NCBI RefSeq assembly: GCF_000023205.1
Contig: NC_012803.1
Coordinates: 840,001 to 872,000, forward strand
DNA: 32,000 bases
Origin: Micrococcus luteus NCTC 2665
GTDB taxonomy: Bacteria; Actinomycetota; Actinomycetes; Actinomycetales; Micrococcaceae
Reading direction: 5' to 3'
Shown: one piece after another, positions 1 through 9,480 of the stretch
How the letters are laid out: each line of letters begins with the position of its first letter
Position numbering within the stretch: the first letter of the stretch is position 1
Made by a program: the position numbers and the translations under genes
Notes under the pieces: generated by a model
The model's input: the letters and a program-made list of their open reading frames with translations, nothing else
Database searches by the model: none
What the model was told of the DNA's origin: nothing

Positions 1-422
1 TGAGCTTCTCCGAGGTCAAGGCGCGCTCGCTGGGCATGCGGCCGGGGCTGACGCACACGCTGCTGCTGGTGATGATCGGCGCGGCCGTGATCGGTTCGTT
101 CCAGGCCGTGGGCACCGTGCTCGTGTTCGGCCTCCTCGTGGGACCGCCCGCGACGGCGGCCCTGCTGACGCGCAGCGTGCCCCAGATGATGCTCGTCTCC
201 GTGGTGATCGGCGCGGCGTGCGTCGTCACCGGGCTCACCCTCAGCTACCGGCTGGGCACGGCGGGTTCGGCCACCATGGCGCTCATGCCGATCCTGCTGT
301 TCTTCGTCGTGCTCGCCGTCCGAGCCGCCGTGCTGGCGATCCTGGGCCGGCACGTGCGCTCGCGCGCTCAGCGTGAGCAGGAGGCGCCGGTCTCGGCCCT
401 GCCCGGAGCGGAGGCCCGATGA
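1..422 (+). CDS. Metal-type (ABC-3 family) ABC transporter permease, C-terminal part; the 5' end lies outside the window
   Basis: The frame is open from the window edge. The translated tail (FSEVKARSLGMRPGLTHTLLLVMIGAAVIGSFQAVGTVLVFGLLVGPPATAALL...) is polytopic and hydrophobic, and resembles the conserved QxVG...LhxPxAxA segment of ZnuB/MntB-type permeases. Its stop overlaps the next gene's ATG (ATGA at 419-422). Confidence 0.7.
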   Translation, partial: SFSEVKARSLGMRPGLTHTLLLVMIGAAVIGSFQAVGTVLVFGLLVGPPATAALLTRSVPQMMLVSVVIGAACVVTGLTLSYRLGTAGSATMALMPILLFFVVLAVRAAVLAILGRHVRSRAQREQEAPVSALPGAEAR

Positions 423-1237
423 GCGCGTCCTTCCCCGCGGGCGCCGCGGCGGCCCCGCCTCCCCTCGCGGTCGCCCGGGCGCTCGAACTGCGCCACGGCG
501 CGCACGTGGCGGTCCGGCCCTCCGACTTCACCCTGCCGGCCCGGCGGCTGATCGCGGTGATCGGGCCCAACGGCTCCGGCAAGTCCACGCTGCTGACCGC
601 CCTGGCGGGCCTGAGCGACCCGGCCTCCGGTGCGCTCGAGGTGCTCGGCGAGGACCCGCGCCGGCGCTCGCAGCGCACCTCCTTCGTGATGCAGTCCATC
701 GGCGTGCCCCAGGGCGTGCCGGTGACGGTGCGCGACGTCGTCGGGATGGGCCGGTACCCCACGCTCGGGTGGTTCCGCCGGTTCCGGAGGGAGGACCGGG
801 ACATCGTGCGGGCCGCCATGGAGCGCATGCAGGTCGCGGACCTGGCACGGCGGCACCTCGACCAGCTCTCCGGCGGCCAGCGCCAGCGCGCCTACGTGGC
901 CCAGGGCCTCGCCCAGGACCACGACGTGCTGCTGCTCGACGAGCCGATGACGGGCCTCGACATCGTCTCCGCCCGCACGATCGACGACCTCCTCCACGAG
1001 GAGCCGACGCGCGGGGTGTCCGTGGTCTACACGACCCACGATCTCGACGAGGCCGCGGAGGCGGACCACGTGGTCCTGATGGGCGGGCGAGTCGTGGCCT
1101 CCGGCTCGCCGCGGGATGTGCTCACGGTCGAGAACCTGGACATCGCGTACGGCCGGGGCGCCCTGCACGGGCCCTCCACGGCGGTCGAGGACGCGGCGGA
1201 CTTCCTGGACGACCCCGCGGGCGGCCGCCGCCACTGA
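419..1237 (+). CDS. ABC transporter ATP-binding protein (metal-uptake type, ZnuC/MntA-like)
   Basis: Walker A GPNGSGKST, signature LSGGQRQR and Walker B LLLDEP are present, with THD as the H-loop. It is translationally coupled to the upstream ABC-3 permease. Confidence 0.85.
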   Translation: MSASFPAGAAAAPPPLAVARALELRHGAHVAVRPSDFTLPARRLIAVIGPNGSGKSTLLTALAGLSDPASGALEVLGEDPRRRSQRTSFVMQSIGVPQGVPVTVRDVVGMGRYPTLGWFRRFRREDRDIVRAAMERMQVADLARRHLDQLSGGQRQRAYVAQGLAQDHDVLLLDEPMTGLDIVSARTIDDLLHEEPTRGVSVVYTTHDLDEAAEADHVVLMGGRVVASGSPRDVLTVENLDIAYGRGALHGPSTAVEDAADFLDDPAGGRRH

Positions 1238-1261
1238 CCGGGGCCCGGCCCATGGTCATGG

Positions 1262-1708
1262 TCAGGCCCCGCGGGTGCGCCCCTCGGTCCGGCAGCGGGC
1301 GCAGACACCGGTGATCTCCACCGTGTGGTCCGCGTCCGTGAAGCCGTGCTCCGCGGTGACGGCGGTGGCCCACGCCTCGACGTGAGGGGCGGTGACCTCG
1401 ACGGTGGTCCAGCAGATCCGGCACACCAGGTGGTGATGGTGGCCCTCGTCCTCGCACCGGCGGTACACGGACTCGCCGTCATCGCGGCGGAGCACGTCCA
1501 CGAGCCCGTCGTCGAGCTGCTGCTGCAGGGACCGGTACACGGTGGCCAGCGAGACGCGTTCGCCCTGGTCCTGGAGGCGGGCATGGAGCTCCTGCGCGCT
1601 CACGAAGTCCGGGATGCGGTCCAGGGCTCGGTCGACGGCGGCCTTCTGCCGGGTCGCCCGGGGACGGGCGGCACGGGGGCTGGGCTCGGGGGCGCTCACG
1701 GTGCTCAC
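1262..1708 (-). CDS. Fur-family metalloregulator (Zur-like by context)
   Basis: The C-terminal 148 aa of the 1262..2812 ORF have a winged-helix segment (SAQELHARL...VSLATVYRSL), a HHHHLVCRIC motif and a second CxxC (GVCARC). GTG at 1708 sits 2 nt after GAAGGAG; an alternative GTG at 1699 is 11 nt after it. The gene lies next to a metal ABC transporter. The rest of the long ORF is antisense to the rhodanese gene and is treated as an artefact. Confidence 0.85.
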   Translation of the reverse strand: MSTVSAPEPSPRAARPRATRQKAAVDRALDRIPDFVSAQELHARLQDQGERVSLATVYRSLQQQLDDGLVDVLRRDDGESVYRRCEDEGHHHHLVCRICWTTVEVTAPHVEAWATAVTAEHGFTDADHTVEITGVCARCRTEGRTRGA

Positions 1709-1819
1709 GACTCCTTCTGCGGCGGCTGCCGCCTCCTCCGCGCGGTCCGGAACAGGTCCGCACGGGCCATCCTCCAGGTTATCAGCGACGCCGAAGGGGG
1801 TGTGGAGTAGGGTGTCCGG

Positions 1820-2947
1820 GTGCACAGCGAGAGCCCGGACCCATCCCCTGTCCCGGACCGCGACGGCGCCGCCCCCGATCGACCCGACCCGCTGATCGTC
1901 GTCGACGAGGGGCAGGGCCGCGTCGTCCCGGCGCCCACGGCGGCCCCGTCCTCGTCCCATGACGCCGGCGGCGACCCGGACGCGGACACCGACGGCGTCG
2001 ATCCCGAGGCCGCCGAGCCGCCCACCCTGGTGACGGTGGACGTGCTGGCCGGCTGGCTCGGCCTGGCCCCCGTCGAGGACCTGCCGCCGGTGCCCGGGGG
2101 CCCGGCCTACGCCCAGCCGGGCCGATGCCGCCCGAACCGGGTGATCCTGCTCGACGTCCGGTTCCGGGCCACGGGGGGCGGGCCGGACCACGCCGCCTAT
2201 CTCCAGGGCCACCTGCCGGGCGCCGTCTACGTCTCCCTGCCCAGCCAGCTCGCCGGCCACGCCGGTCCGGCGGCGGGGCGCCACCCCCTGCCGGACGCGC
2301 GCCAGTTCGCGGAGGCCGTGCGGATGTGGGGGATCGACGAGGGCGACACCATCGTGGTCTACGACGACGACCACGGCCTGTCCGCCGCGCGCGCCTGGTG
2401 GCTGCTGCGCCACGCGGGGCTGCGGGACTCCGTGCTCCTGGACGGCGGCCTCGAGGCGTGGCGCGCCGCGGGCCTGCCCCTGCAGCCCGGTGAGGTCATC
2501 CCGGTGCCCGGCACCGCCCGGCCGTCGTGGGGCCGCATGCCCGTCGTGGACACGGCCGGCGCCGAGGCGATGGCCTCCGGCGGTCTGCTCCTCGACGCGC
2601 GGGCGGCCGAGCGCTACCGCGGGGAGGTCGAGCCCTTCGACCCCGTGGCCGGTCACATCCCCGGGGCGCGGAACGTGCCCACGGCGGAGAGCATCGCCGA
2701 GGACGGCCGCCTGCGGCCCGCCGCAGAGCTGGCGGAGCGGTTCGACGCCGTCGGCGTGGACGACGCGACGCCCGTGGCCGTGTACTGCGGCTCGGGCATC
2801 ACCGCGGCGCACGCCGTGCTCACCCTGGCCGTCGCGGGGCGACCCGGAGTGGCGCTCTACCCGGGTTCGTGGTCAGCATGGGTCCAGGACCCGTCCAACG
2901 CCGTCGCGGTCGGCCCCGAGCCCTACGGCGCGTCCGGCCGGGACTGA
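1820..2947 (+). CDS. sseA: Thiosulfate/3-mercaptopyruvate sulfurtransferase (tandem rhodanese domains)
   Basis: It has two rhodanese-like halves. The active-site loop YCGSGITAAH is in the C-terminal half, followed by YPGSWSAW near the end. The start is uncertain: GTG 1820 gives a roughly 70-aa Pro/Asp-rich extension, and an alternative in-frame GTG lies at 2030 (VTVDVLAGWL). Confidence 0.8.
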   Translation: MHSESPDPSPVPDRDGAAPDRPDPLIVVDEGQGRVVPAPTAAPSSSHDAGGDPDADTDGVDPEAAEPPTLVTVDVLAGWLGLAPVEDLPPVPGGPAYAQPGRCRPNRVILLDVRFRATGGGPDHAAYLQGHLPGAVYVSLPSQLAGHAGPAAGRHPLPDARQFAEAVRMWGIDEGDTIVVYDDDHGLSAARAWWLLRHAGLRDSVLLDGGLEAWRAAGLPLQPGEVIPVPGTARPSWGRMPVVDTAGAEAMASGGLLLDARAAERYRGEVEPFDPVAGHIPGARNVPTAESIAEDGRLRPAAELAERFDAVGVDDATPVAVYCGSGITAAHAVLTLAVAGRPGVALYPGSWSAWVQDPSNAVAVGPEPYGASGRD

Positions 2948-2991
2948 CGAGCCCCGGGGCCCCGCCCCGCCGACCCCCAGGAGGACCCCCC

Positions 2992-3420
2992 ATGGCCACC
3001 GTCTTCAGCAGGATCATCGCCGGCGAGCTGCCCGCCCGCTTCGTGTGGCAGGACCAGACGTGCGTCGCGTTCCTCTCCGCCGCGCCGCTCCAGCCGGGGC
3101 ACACGCTCGTGGTGCCCCGTGAGGAGGTGGACGAATGGGTGGAGGTCGACCCGGCGCTGGTCACGCACCTGACGAAGGTCGCCCAGCAGATCGGCAAGGC
3201 GCAGGTGGCGGCGTTCTCCGCCCGCCGGGCCGGGCTCATGATCGCCGGCTACGAGATCCCGCACCTGCACGTGCACGTGTGGCCCTCCACCTCGCTCGCC
3301 GACTTCGACCTGGCCCGCGTGGACAACGCCCCCGATCCGACGGACCTGGACGACGCCGCCGCCCGCCTCCGCGCGGCCCTGCGGGACCTGGGCCACGGAG
3401 AGGTCGTCCCGCAGGACTGA
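2992..3420 (+). CDS. HIT (histidine triad) family protein
   Basis: ATG at 2992 is preceded by CAGGAGGA. The sequence MATVFSRIIAGELPARFVWQD...QPGHTLVVP...HLHVHVWP contains the HxHxHxx histidine triad. The upstream part of the 2527..3420 ORF overlaps the rhodanese gene and is discarded. Confidence 0.85.
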   Translation: MATVFSRIIAGELPARFVWQDQTCVAFLSAAPLQPGHTLVVPREEVDEWVEVDPALVTHLTKVAQQIGKAQVAAFSARRAGLMIAGYEIPHLHVHVWPSTSLADFDLARVDNAPDPTDLDDAAARLRAALRDLGHGEVVPQD

Positions 3421-3444
3421 CGGCCCGCGCCGCCCGGACCCGGC

Positions 3445-6400
3445 TCAGGCGCGCGTGGCCCGGGCGAGCGCCTGACGCACCCGCTTCTCGGAGACTGAGA
3501 CCGCCGTGCCCAGCTCCTGGGCGAAGAACGAGACGCGCAGTTCCTCGATGAGCCAGCGCACCCGCTCCAGCTCGGCGGGCACGGGCGTGCCCGCGAACCG
3601 GGCGCGGTGGGCCGCGACGGCGGCGTCGAACTCGTCCTCGAGCCCCTGCACCACCGCCATGTGCTGCCCGTCGCGCTGCAGGTGGCCGCCCGCGTCCAGC
3701 CGGTCCAGGCGCGTCAGCATGCCCTGCAGGTAGCGCGGCAGGTGCTGCAGCCGCTCCCATCCCGTGGCGGCCACGAAGCCGGGGAACACGAGCTGCTCGA
3801 GGTGCGCCTTCACGTCCGACAGCGCCGACGCGAGGGCGGGCGAGACCGAGCCCTTGAGACGGCGTCGCACCTGCGCGGCCCGGGAGAGCACCTGCTCCAC
3901 CAGGGACGTGACGGCGAAGACCGTGTCGATCAGGTCGGCCCGCACCCGGTCGAACAGGGCGCGGAACGCGGCTTCGTCGAACGGCAGCTCGTCCCCGACG
4001 AGACGGTCGACGGCGGCCTGCGTGCAGTCCGCGACGAGGGAGTCCACCGAGCCGTGCGGGTTCTGGGTGAAGGTGAGCTTCTCCCGGTTGTCCAGGTGGT
4101 CCAGCACGTAGCGCTGGGGGCTGGGCAGGGTGGCCAGCAGCAGCCGGATCACCCCGGCCCGGTGCCAGGCCGCCTGGTCGTCCGCGGACCGGGCCACGGT
4201 CAGGCCGGCCGCGGGGCCGCCGTCGGGCGTGGTCTCGGGCACCAGGCTCGGGTAGCCCGTGATGGCGGGGCCGCGCGCCCCGGCCGCGGTGGAGACGGTC
4301 TTCGGCACCGTGCCGATGCTCCACGAGGTCAACCCGTGCCGCTCCTCGAAGGCCGGCGTCGCGTCGGACCGCCCGGGGCCCTCCGGGCGACGGCGTCCCT
4401 CGGCCCCGGCCCGCGCGTCGGTCTGGGCCCGGCCGCCGCGGCCCGTGCCGCGCGGCCCCGGCCGGGCCGAGGCGGGGTCGTCGGTGCCGGCGAGCCGGGC
4501 GGCGATCGCGGAGCGGTTGGCCTGCGCGAGCCGGGCCTGCAGCGCGGGCAGGTCCTGGCCGGCGCCCATCACGGCGCCGCGGGCGTCCACGACGCGGTAG
4601 TCCATCCGCAGGTGCAGGGGCACCGCGTCCAGGGCCCACAGTCCGGGCTCCACCACCACGCCGCGCACCCGGCGCACGGCCGCGGACAGCGCGTCCGGCA
4701 GCTCGTCCCGCAGCGGGTCGGCGTGGGCCTCGAGGTCCGCGACGAGCTGCTGGGCCACGTCCGGGGCGGGCACGAGGTTCTTGCGCACGGCCTTGGGCAA
4801 CGCCTTGATGAGGGCGGTGACGAGCTCGACCCGCAGGCCGGGGACCAGCCACGCGAAGGGGCCGGGGGAGACCTGGTTGAGCAGCAGGATCGGCACGGCC
4901 ACGGTCACGCCGTCGGTGCCGGCCGCGCCGGTCGGGTCGAACGTGTACTCGAGGTCGAGCTCCACGTCGCCGCCGGGCATCGGATACGTGAACGTGGTGG
5001 GGAACGCGTCGGTGTCCAGGTCCTCGGCGTCGGCGGTGAGCAGGGCGGCGACGTCGAGGTCCAGCAGGTCCGGCTGCTCCTGGCGGGCCTTCTTCCACCA
5101 CGCGTCGAAGTGCCGCTCGGAGACGACGTCTCCCGGGATCCGCGCGTCGTAGAAGGCGAACAGGTCCTCGTCCCCGATCCGCAGGTCGCGGCGGCGCAGG
5201 CGCGTCTCGAGTGCGTCGACCTCCTCGAGCGCGGCCCGGTTGCGGGCGAAGAACCGGTGGCGCGTGCGCCAGTCGCCCTCCACGAGGGCGTGCCGGATGA
5301 ACAGCTCGCGGGAGAGCTCCGGGTCGATCCGGCCATACCGGACCGAGCGGTCCGGGATCAGGGTGACGCCGAACAGCGTCACCTTCTCACGCGCGACGAC
5401 GGAGCCCGCCCGCCGCGACCAGTGCGGCTCGTTGTAGGCCCGCTTGACGAGGTGGCCGGCGACCTCCTCGGCCCACTCCGGCTCGATCCGGGCCACCGTG
5501 CGCGCCCACAGCCGCGAGGTCTCCACGAGCTCGGCGGCCATGACGAACGGGTGGCGCTTCTTGAACAGGGCGGAGCCGGGGAACACGGCGAAGCGGGTGC
5601 CGCGGGCGCCCGCGTACTCGCGACGGCGCTCGTCATAGGCACCGATCTGCGAGAGCAGACCCGTGAGCAGGGACTTGTGCACCGCCTCGTGCCGGCCCAC
5701 CGGGTCCACGGGTCCGGCCTCGACGGTGAGGCCCACGTCCTTGGTGAGCTGGCGCAGCTGGCGCACCAGGTCCTGCCACTCCTGCACGCGCAGCCAGTTG
5801 ATGTGCTCCCGGCGGCACAGCTTCCGGAACTGGGAGCCGGAGAGCTCCTGCTGCCGTTCGCGCAGGTACGCCCACAGGTTCAGGATCGCGGAGAAGTCCG
5901 AGTTCTCGTCCGCGAACCGGCGGTGCAGCTCGTCCGCGGCCTCACGCTGCTCCGTGGGGCGCTCGCGGGGGTCCTGGATGGTCAGGGCCGCGGCGATCAC
6001 CATGACCTCCCGGACGCAGCCGCGCTCACCGGCCTCGAGGATCATGCGACCCAGCCGCGGGTCCACCGGCAGCCGGGCCAGACGGCGTCCGACCCGGGTG
6101 ATGGTGCCCGCGCGGGCGCCACCGGCCTCGAGCGCGCCGAGCTCGGTGAGCGTGGCGGCGCCGTCGGTGACCTGACGGCCGTCCGGCGGCTGGACGAAGG
6201 GGAACTCCTTGACGTCGCCCGGGGTGCGGGCCACGCCGAGGGAGAGCATCTGCAGGATCACCGAGGCCAGGGAGGTGCGCAGGATCTCGGGGTCCGTGAA
6301 CTCGGGGCGGGAGAGGTAGTCCTCCTCCGAGTACAGGCGGATCGCGATGCCGTCCGAGGTGCGGCCGGACCGGCCCGCGCGCTGGTTCGCGCTGGCCTGG

Positions 6401-7548
6401 GAGACACGCTCGATCGGCAGGCGCTGCACCTTGGTGCGGTGCGAGTAGCGCGAGATGCGGGCGGTGCCCGTGTCGATCACGTACTTGATGCCCGGCACGG
6501 TCAGGGACGTCTCGGCGACGTTCGTGGCCAGCACGATCCGCCGGCGCACCCCGGCCCCGGCGCGGCCGAACACGCGGTGCTGCTCCGCCATGGACAGGCG
6601 GCCGAACAGCGGCAGGATCTCCGTGCCGGCCAGGCGCGTGGTGCCGGCGACGACGCCGGTCAGGTGGTCCGCGGCCTCGCGGATCTCCCGCTCGCCCGGC
6701 AGGAACACGAGGATGTCACCCGGCGGCTCGGCGGCCAGCTCGAGGACGGCGTCGCCGATCGCGTCGAGGGGGTCGCGGGTCTCGGCGGCGTCGTCCGCAT
6801 CGTCCTCGGGGTCGTCCGGGGAGGGCTCCTCGGTCAGCGGCCGGTAGCGGATCTCGACGGGGTAGGTGCGCCCCGAGACCTCGATGATCGGCGCCGGGAC
6901 CACGCGGCCGCCGTCGTCGGCCTCCACCGCGTCCGCATGGTCCTCGCCCGCGGCCAGCGATCGGCCGAAGTGCCGGGCGAAGCGCTCCGGGTCGATGGTG
7001 GCCGAGGTGATGATCACCTTCAGGTCCGGGCGCTGGGGCAGCAGGTTGCGCAGGTAGCCCAGGAGGAAGTCGATGTTGAGGCTGCGCTCGTGGGCCTCGT
7101 CCACGATGATCACGGAGTAGCGGCGCAGCTGCGGGTCGTGGGGGATCTCGGCCAGCAGGATGCCGTCCGTCATGACCTTGACCCGGGTGGCCTTCGAGGT
7201 CTGCGCCGTGAAGCGGACCTGGTAGCCGACCGTCTGCCCGATCTCCTCGCCCAGCTCCTGCGCGATGCGTTCGGCCACGGAGCGGGCGGCGATGCGCCGG
7301 GGCTGGGTGTGGCCGATCGAGCCGGCCTCCCCGAGCCCGAGGGCCAGGCACATCTTCGGCAGCTGCGTGGTCTTGCCCGAGCCGGTCTCGCCCGCGACGA
7401 TCACCACCTGGTGGTCGCGGATCGCGGCCATGATCTCCTCGCGACGCTCCGCCACCGGCAGGTGTTCGGGGAACGTGATCGCGACGGCGTCGTGGGGCGT
7501 CGCCGACGGCTGCGCGGCGGGCGTGGAGGGCGGGGGAGTCTGCGTCAT
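3445..7548 (-). CDS. hrpA: ATP-dependent RNA helicase HrpA (DEAH-box)
   Basis: The product is about 1367 aa, with GETGSGKTTQLP (motif I), DEAH, TSAT and QRAGRSGR, plus a long HrpA-type C-terminal extension. I prefer the second ATG (7548) because GGAGG lies 5 nt upstream; the first ATG (7560) is part of that SD sequence. Confidence 0.9.
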   Translation of the reverse strand: MTQTPPPSTPAAQPSATPHDAVAITFPEHLPVAERREEIMAAIRDHQVVIVAGETGSGKTTQLPKMCLALGLGEAGSIGHTQPRRIAARSVAERIAQELGEEIGQTVGYQVRFTAQTSKATRVKVMTDGILLAEIPHDPQLRRYSVIIVDEAHERSLNIDFLLGYLRNLLPQRPDLKVIITSATIDPERFARHFGRSLAAGEDHADAVEADDGGRVVPAPIIEVSGRTYPVEIRYRPLTEEPSPDDPEDDADDAAETRDPLDAIGDAVLELAAEPPGDILVFLPGEREIREAADHLTGVVAGTTRLAGTEILPLFGRLSMAEQHRVFGRAGAGVRRRIVLATNVAETSLTVPGIKYVIDTGTARISRYSHRTKVQRLPIERVSQASANQRAGRSGRTSDGIAIRLYSEEDYLSRPEFTDPEILRTSLASVILQMLSLGVARTPGDVKEFPFVQPPDGRQVTDGAATLTELGALEAGGARAGTITRVGRRLARLPVDPRLGRMILEAGERGCVREVMVIAAALTIQDPRERPTEQREAADELHRRFADENSDFSAILNLWAYLRERQQELSGSQFRKLCRREHINWLRVQEWQDLVRQLRQLTKDVGLTVEAGPVDPVGRHEAVHKSLLTGLLSQIGAYDERRREYAGARGTRFAVFPGSALFKKRHPFVMAAELVETSRLWARTVARIEPEWAEEVAGHLVKRAYNEPHWSRRAGSVVAREKVTLFGVTLIPDRSVRYGRIDPELSRELFIRHALVEGDWRTRHRFFARNRAALEEVDALETRLRRRDLRIGDEDLFAFYDARIPGDVVSERHFDAWWKKARQEQPDLLDLDVAALLTADAEDLDTDAFPTTFTYPMPGGDVELDLEYTFDPTGAAGTDGVTVAVPILLLNQVSPGPFAWLVPGLRVELVTALIKALPKAVRKNLVPAPDVAQQLVADLEAHADPLRDELPDALSAAVRRVRGVVVEPGLWALDAVPLHLRMDYRVVDARGAVMGAGQDLPALQARLAQANRSAIAARLAGTDDPASARPGPRGTGRGGRAQTDARAGAEGRRRPEGPGRSDATPAFEERHGLTSWSIGTVPKTVSTAAGARGPAITGYPSLVPETTPDGGPAAGLTVARSADDQAAWHRAGVIRLLLATLPSPQRYVLDHLDNREKLTFTQNPHGSVDSLVADCTQAAVDRLVGDELPFDEAAFRALFDRVRADLIDTVFAVTSLVEQVLSRAAQVRRRLKGSVSPALASALSDVKAHLEQLVFPGFVAATGWERLQHLPRYLQGMLTRLDRLDAGGHLQRDGQHMAVVQGLEDEFDAAVAAHRARFAGTPVPAELERVRWLIEELRVSFFAQELGTAVSVSEKRVRQALARATRA

Positions 7549-7656
7549 GACGGCCTCCATCCTAGGCGCGCGGGGGCCCGGGCCGACCCGGACGGGGCGA
7601 ATCTGGGACGGACCTGGGACCGGGGCTGAGAGTCCGGATGTGATTCTCTGGAGCCC

Positions 7657-9291
7657 ATGGACACGAACACCGTCTTCCTGTTAGCGGCGATCGGCCTCTA
7701 TTTCCTCGCGATGATCGCGATCGGCCTGTACGCCTCCCGCAAGAACACCGACCTCGACGACTACATGCTCGCCGGACGCGACATGAAGCCGTCCGTCGCG
7801 GCGCTCTCCGCGGGTGCGTCCGACATGTCCGGCTGGCTCCTGATGGGCCTGCCCGGCGCGATCTACGCCGCGGGCCTGGTCGAGGGCTGGATGGCGGTCG
7901 GCCTGACCGTGGGCGCGTGGGTGAACTGGCGCGTGGTCGCCCCCCGCCTGCGCTCCTACACCGAGGTGGCCGGGAACTCGATCACGATCCCGTCCTTCCT
8001 CGAGAACCGATTCAAGGACCGCACGCACATCCTGCGGATCGTGGCCGGCCTGATCATCCTCGTGTTCTTCACCTTCTACGTGTCCTCGGGCATGGTGGCC
8101 GGCGGCAAGTTCGTCGAGTCCACCTTCGGCCCCGACTCCTTCTACGCCCAGGGCATCAGCATCAACTACCTCACCGGCATGCTCGTGGTCGCGGGCATCA
8201 CGGTGCTCTACACCCTGTTCGGCGGCTTCCTCGGCGCCTCGCTGACGGACGTGGCCCAGGGCATCCTCATGTTCCTCTCCCTGCTGGCCGTCCCCATCGT
8301 CGTGATCCTGACCATGGGCGGCTGGGACGCCGTCGTCGAGGGCATCCGCGCCGCCGACGCCGCCGGCGGCGGAGTGAACCACTTCTCGATGTTCGAGAAC
8401 GCGACGCTGATCGGCGTCCTGTCCTCCCTCGCCTGGGGCCTGGGCTACTTCGGCCAGCCGCACATCATCGTCCGCTTCATGGCCCTGCGCACCCCGCACG
8501 ACGCGGCCGTCGCCCGGCGCGTCGGCATCGGCTGGATGGCGCTGTCGGTGTTCGGCGCCGTGATGGTGGCCCTCGTGGGCATCGCCTACTTCCAGGCCAA
8601 CCCCGGCACCACGCTCGAGGACCCGGAGACCGTGTTCCTCGTGCTGGCCTCGATCATGTTCCACCCGTTCGTGGCCGGCCTGGTGCTGGCCGCCGTCCTC
8701 GCCGCGATCATGTCCACGCTCTCCTCGCAGCTGATCGTGTGCTCCTCCGCCCTGGTGGAGGACCTCTACATGCTGCGCGGGCGCACCGGGTCCCCGACGT
8801 TCACCCTGTGGCTCGGCCGCATCGGCGTGCTGGTGGTGGCGCTCGTGGCGGGTCTGCTCGCCCTCAACCCGGACTCCTCCGTGCTCGAGCTCGTCTCCTT
8901 CGCGTGGGCCGGCTTCGGCGCCGCCTTCGGCCCCGTGATCCTGCTCGCCCTGTACTGGCCGCGGTTCACCTCGTGGGGGGCGATGGCCGCGATGGTCACC
9001 GGCGCCGCCGTCGCCTGGGCGTGGTCCGAGGCCAGTGCCGAGACGTGGGAGTGGTTCGGCCTGTACGAGCTGCTGCCGGGCTTCGTCGCCGCCTTCGTGG
9101 TGGGTGTGGTGGTGTCCCTCGTGACCCAGCGCTCGCGCCGGGTGCAGCGGCGGATCGACGCCGAGTTCACCGGCGCGATCGACATCGTGGCCGGCCGCGA
9201 GCCGCACCCGGACGTGGCCCCGGCCGCCATGACGCGGGACGCCGCCGGGGGCTCGACCGCAGCCGCCGCGGACCCGCGCGCGCAGGCCTGA
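7657..9291 (+). CDS. putP: Sodium:proline symporter (SSS family)
   Basis: The N-terminus LAAIGLYFLAMIAIGLYASRKNTDLDDYMLAGRDM...ALSAGASDMSGWLLMGLPGAIY is diagnostic of PutP. The protein is polytopic, and GGAG lies 4 nt before the ATG. Confidence 0.9.
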   Translation: MDTNTVFLLAAIGLYFLAMIAIGLYASRKNTDLDDYMLAGRDMKPSVAALSAGASDMSGWLLMGLPGAIYAAGLVEGWMAVGLTVGAWVNWRVVAPRLRSYTEVAGNSITIPSFLENRFKDRTHILRIVAGLIILVFFTFYVSSGMVAGGKFVESTFGPDSFYAQGISINYLTGMLVVAGITVLYTLFGGFLGASLTDVAQGILMFLSLLAVPIVVILTMGGWDAVVEGIRAADAAGGGVNHFSMFENATLIGVLSSLAWGLGYFGQPHIIVRFMALRTPHDAAVARRVGIGWMALSVFGAVMVALVGIAYFQANPGTTLEDPETVFLVLASIMFHPFVAGLVLAAVLAAIMSTLSSQLIVCSSALVEDLYMLRGRTGSPTFTLWLGRIGVLVVALVAGLLALNPDSSVLELVSFAWAGFGAAFGPVILLALYWPRFTSWGAMAAMVTGAAVAWAWSEASAETWEWFGLYELLPGFVAAFVVGVVVSLVTQRSRRVQRRIDAEFTGAIDIVAGREPHPDVAPAAMTRDAAGGSTAAAADPRAQA

Positions 9292-9480
9292 GGCTGTTCC
9301 TCGCGATCCGTCCGCCGAGGGCCGTTCTCGACCACCTCGAGCCGGCCCTCGCCGGCGTCCGGGACCGGGCCGGACGCGCGCCGCGCTGGACCGAGCCGGA
9401 GCAGCGGCACCTGACGCTGGCGTTCCACCCGGAGGTGCCCGCCGGCGCCGTGGACGACGTCGTCGCCGACGCCGGCCGCC
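9288..9480 (+). pseudogene. Remnant of a 2H-phosphoesterase (ThpR/LigT-like RNA 2',3'-cyclic phosphodiesterase): N-terminal fragment only
   Basis: The reading frame gives LRLFLAIRPPRAVLDHLEPALAGVRDRAGRAPRWTEPEQRHLTLAFHPEVPAGAVDDVV. This matches the usual family N-terminus (RLFxAxxPP...RW..PEq.HhTLxF) and includes the first HxTx motif. There is no ATG or GTG at the expected start, and no second HxTx motif. Only about 278 bp lie between putP and the aldehyde dehydrogenase gene, whereas a full gene would need about 540 bp. Confidence 0.4.

Noticed and set aside
1238-1275. A CGGGGCC...GGCCCCG 7-bp inverted repeat between the convergent ABC ATPase and Fur-like genes, considered as a bidirectional terminator
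   Set aside because: The stem is short, the loop is 17 nt, and it overlaps the regulator's stop codon. It is too weak to call.
1709-1819. A search for a Fur/Zur box in the divergent spacer between the regulator and the sulfurtransferase
   Set aside because: I found no AT-rich 7-1-7 or 9-1-9 palindrome. Only ggttatcagcgac stands out, which is not a convincing operator.
3607-7629. A 1340-aa plus-strand ORF, plus several 60-620-aa ORFs on both strands across the same span
   Set aside because: It is exactly antisense to, or in alternate frames of, the well-supported hrpA gene. The translation is Arg/Gly/Pro/Ala/His-rich low complexity with no recognisable motifs. Long stop-free antisense frames are expected at this GC content.
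7600-7656. A GGGGCTGAGAG string upstream of putP that resembles the CUGAGA core of a TPP riboswitch
   Set aside because: The second half of the aptamer (ACCUGAUCCGG..AUGCCGGCG..GGGA) is absent, and the downstream gene is a proline symporter. I treat it as a chance match.
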